Part shown: positions 62,766-64,000 of the stretch, piece after piece
How positions within the stretch are numbered: position 1 is the stretch's first letter
Layout: each line of letters begins with the position of its first letter
Assembly: GCA_001599295.1 (NCBI GenBank)
Contig: BCGN01000002.1
Location: 372,001 to 436,000, forward strand
Direction: 5' to 3'
Origin: Sporopachydermia quercuum
Lineage: Eukaryota
Length of the DNA: 64,000 nt
Program-made: the position numbers and the translations under genes
Notes under the pieces: model-generated
What the model was told of the DNA's origin: nothing
What the model saw: only the letters and a program-made list of their open reading frames with translations
The model's database searches: none

Positions 62766-64000
62766 ATGATTGATCCGAGAATTGATGCATTACGAACAAT
62801 AGAGAACCAAGAGTTCAACTCAAAGGCTCATTATGCTATCCCTGATAGCAAGTTCTCAACAAGCAATGTGCGAACTATAGCTACACTTGATCCTTCTGCA
62901 AATAATAATGCAAAGGGTATTAATGATAATCATTTTCCTTTCAGGAGCAGACATGGTCAGGATGAAAATGCTCGTCAAGCTGAGAAACCAGCTAAGGCCA
63001 GATCAAGCAAAAGAAAGGAAAAACTTTCTGCTCTTTGTAAAACTCCACCATCGATTGTAAGAAATCCCAAAGGTCAAGACTATCAAAGAGGTATCTTCCT
63101 TGGTGAAGGAGGATTTGCTCGTTGCTTTCAAATGAAAGATGACGAAGGACAAATATATGCTGCTAAGACTGTTGCAAAAGCGTCATTAAAAGGTGAGAAG
63201 ACAAGAACAAAACTGTTATCAGAAATAAAAGTCCATAAGTCTTTACATCACCCTAATATTGTTCAGTTTATTGATTGCTTTGAAGATGACGTTAATGTTT
63301 ATATCTTATTGGAAATTTGTGCCAATCAATCATTAATGGATATGTTGAAAAAGCGTAAGAGACTAACTGAGTCTGAAACCAAATACTTTTTGATTCAGAT
63401 TATTGGCGCAATTAAGTATATGCATAGTCGAAGAGTAATTCATCGTGACTTGAAACTTGGTAATATCTTCTTTGATGATAAGATGAATCTAAAGATTGGT
63501 GATTTTGGTCTTGCAGCTGTTCTTGCAGATGATTCTGATCGTAAAAGAACTATTTGCGGCACGCCTAATTATATTGCTCCGGAAGTTTTATATGGCAAGG
63601 AAAAAGGCCATAGCTACGGAGTGGATATCTGGTCTATTGGTATTATGTTGTACGCTTTGCTCATTGGCAAACCACCTTTTCAATCTAAGGACGTGAATGA
63701 AATCTATGAAAAGATTAAATATAATCAATACACATTCCCAGCAGATATTGAAATCTCAGAAGATGCTGAAGATTTAATCCGAACAATTCTTAGTACCAAA
63801 CCTGAAGATAGACCATCCTTGAATGAAATAATCAACCATAGTTTCTTCAAACATTCTTTCCCTGCAAGAATGTCTACAATTTCTTTGACAGGAACACCGT
63901 CAGCGGTTGATATCAGCAGTCAAGATTCAATAATGAATCTTAACAGAGCGTTAAGAAAAGCTGGTCTTTCATTAACTGATGAAAATTCCAAGGATCCTGT
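62766..64000 (+). CDS. CDC5: Polo-like kinase (5' part; runs off the window end)
   Basis: Open frame from ATG 62766 with 'KEKLSALCKTPPS', 'LGEGGFARCF', 'HRDLKLGN', 'DFGLA' and 'RKRTICGTPNYIAPEV'. Absent from the ORF track because there is no stop in the window. Confidence 0.95.
   Translation, partial: MIDPRIDALRTIENQEFNSKAHYAIPDSKFSTSNVRTIATLDPSANNNAKGINDNHFPFRSRHGQDENARQAEKPAKARSSKRKEKLSALCKTPPSIVRNPKGQDYQRGIFLGEGGFARCFQMKDDEGQIYAAKTVAKASLKGEKTRTKLLSEIKVHKSLHHPNIVQFIDCFEDDVNVYILLEICANQSLMDMLKKRKRLTESETKYFLIQIIGAIKYMHSRRVIHRDLKLGNIFFDDKMNLKIGDFGLAAVLADDSDRKRTICGTPNYIAPEVLYGKEKGHSYGVDIWSIGIMLYALLIGKPPFQSKDVNEIYEKIKYNQYTFPADIEISEDAEDLIRTILSTKPEDRPSLNEIINHSFFKHSFPARMSTISLTGTPSAVDISSQDSIMNLNRALRKAGLSLTDENSKDP

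Noticed and set aside
33285..64000. Apparent clustering of mitosis and cell-cycle genes (CIK1-like, Cut12-like, cyclin, CDC5)
   Set aside because: They are interspersed with unrelated genes over 30 kb, with no shared regulatory element seen.

Overview
AT-rich eukaryotic DNA from a budding yeast (Saccharomycotina-like; I cannot name the species). It uses the standard code (CTG falls at conserved Leu sites), encodes a respiratory complex I subunit and a molybdenum-cofactor pathway gene, and is intron-rich (12 spliceosomal introns resolved by hand). The first ~10.8 kb has no intact gene. It holds degenerate Ty1/copia fragments in both orientations, two LTR-like copies, an (AAT)48 microsatellite and a GAS5-like pseudogene, and may be pericentromeric or subtelomeric. 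From 10.9 to 40.4 kb and 48.7 to 64 kb lie ordinary genes: stomatin, MRPL10, ARP1, FUR1, CCE1, SEC11, DAL81, ARC19, PRP40, MOCS2A, tRNA-Cys, CIK1/VIK1-like, HFI1, Cut12/Bbp1-like, a G1 cyclin, a GT-A glycosyltransferase-like gene, MIX17, NDUFS2, TOP1 and partial CDC5. The most unusual element is at 44.5-46.7 kb: a decayed PIF/Harbinger transposase next to a GC-richer, frameshifted, bacterial-type glutathione S-transferase, a candidate horizontally acquired island. There is also a ~200-nt candidate structured RNA at 12.94-13.14 kb. All family assignments come from recognising motifs by eye, not from database searches. I found no intact novel multi-gene system.
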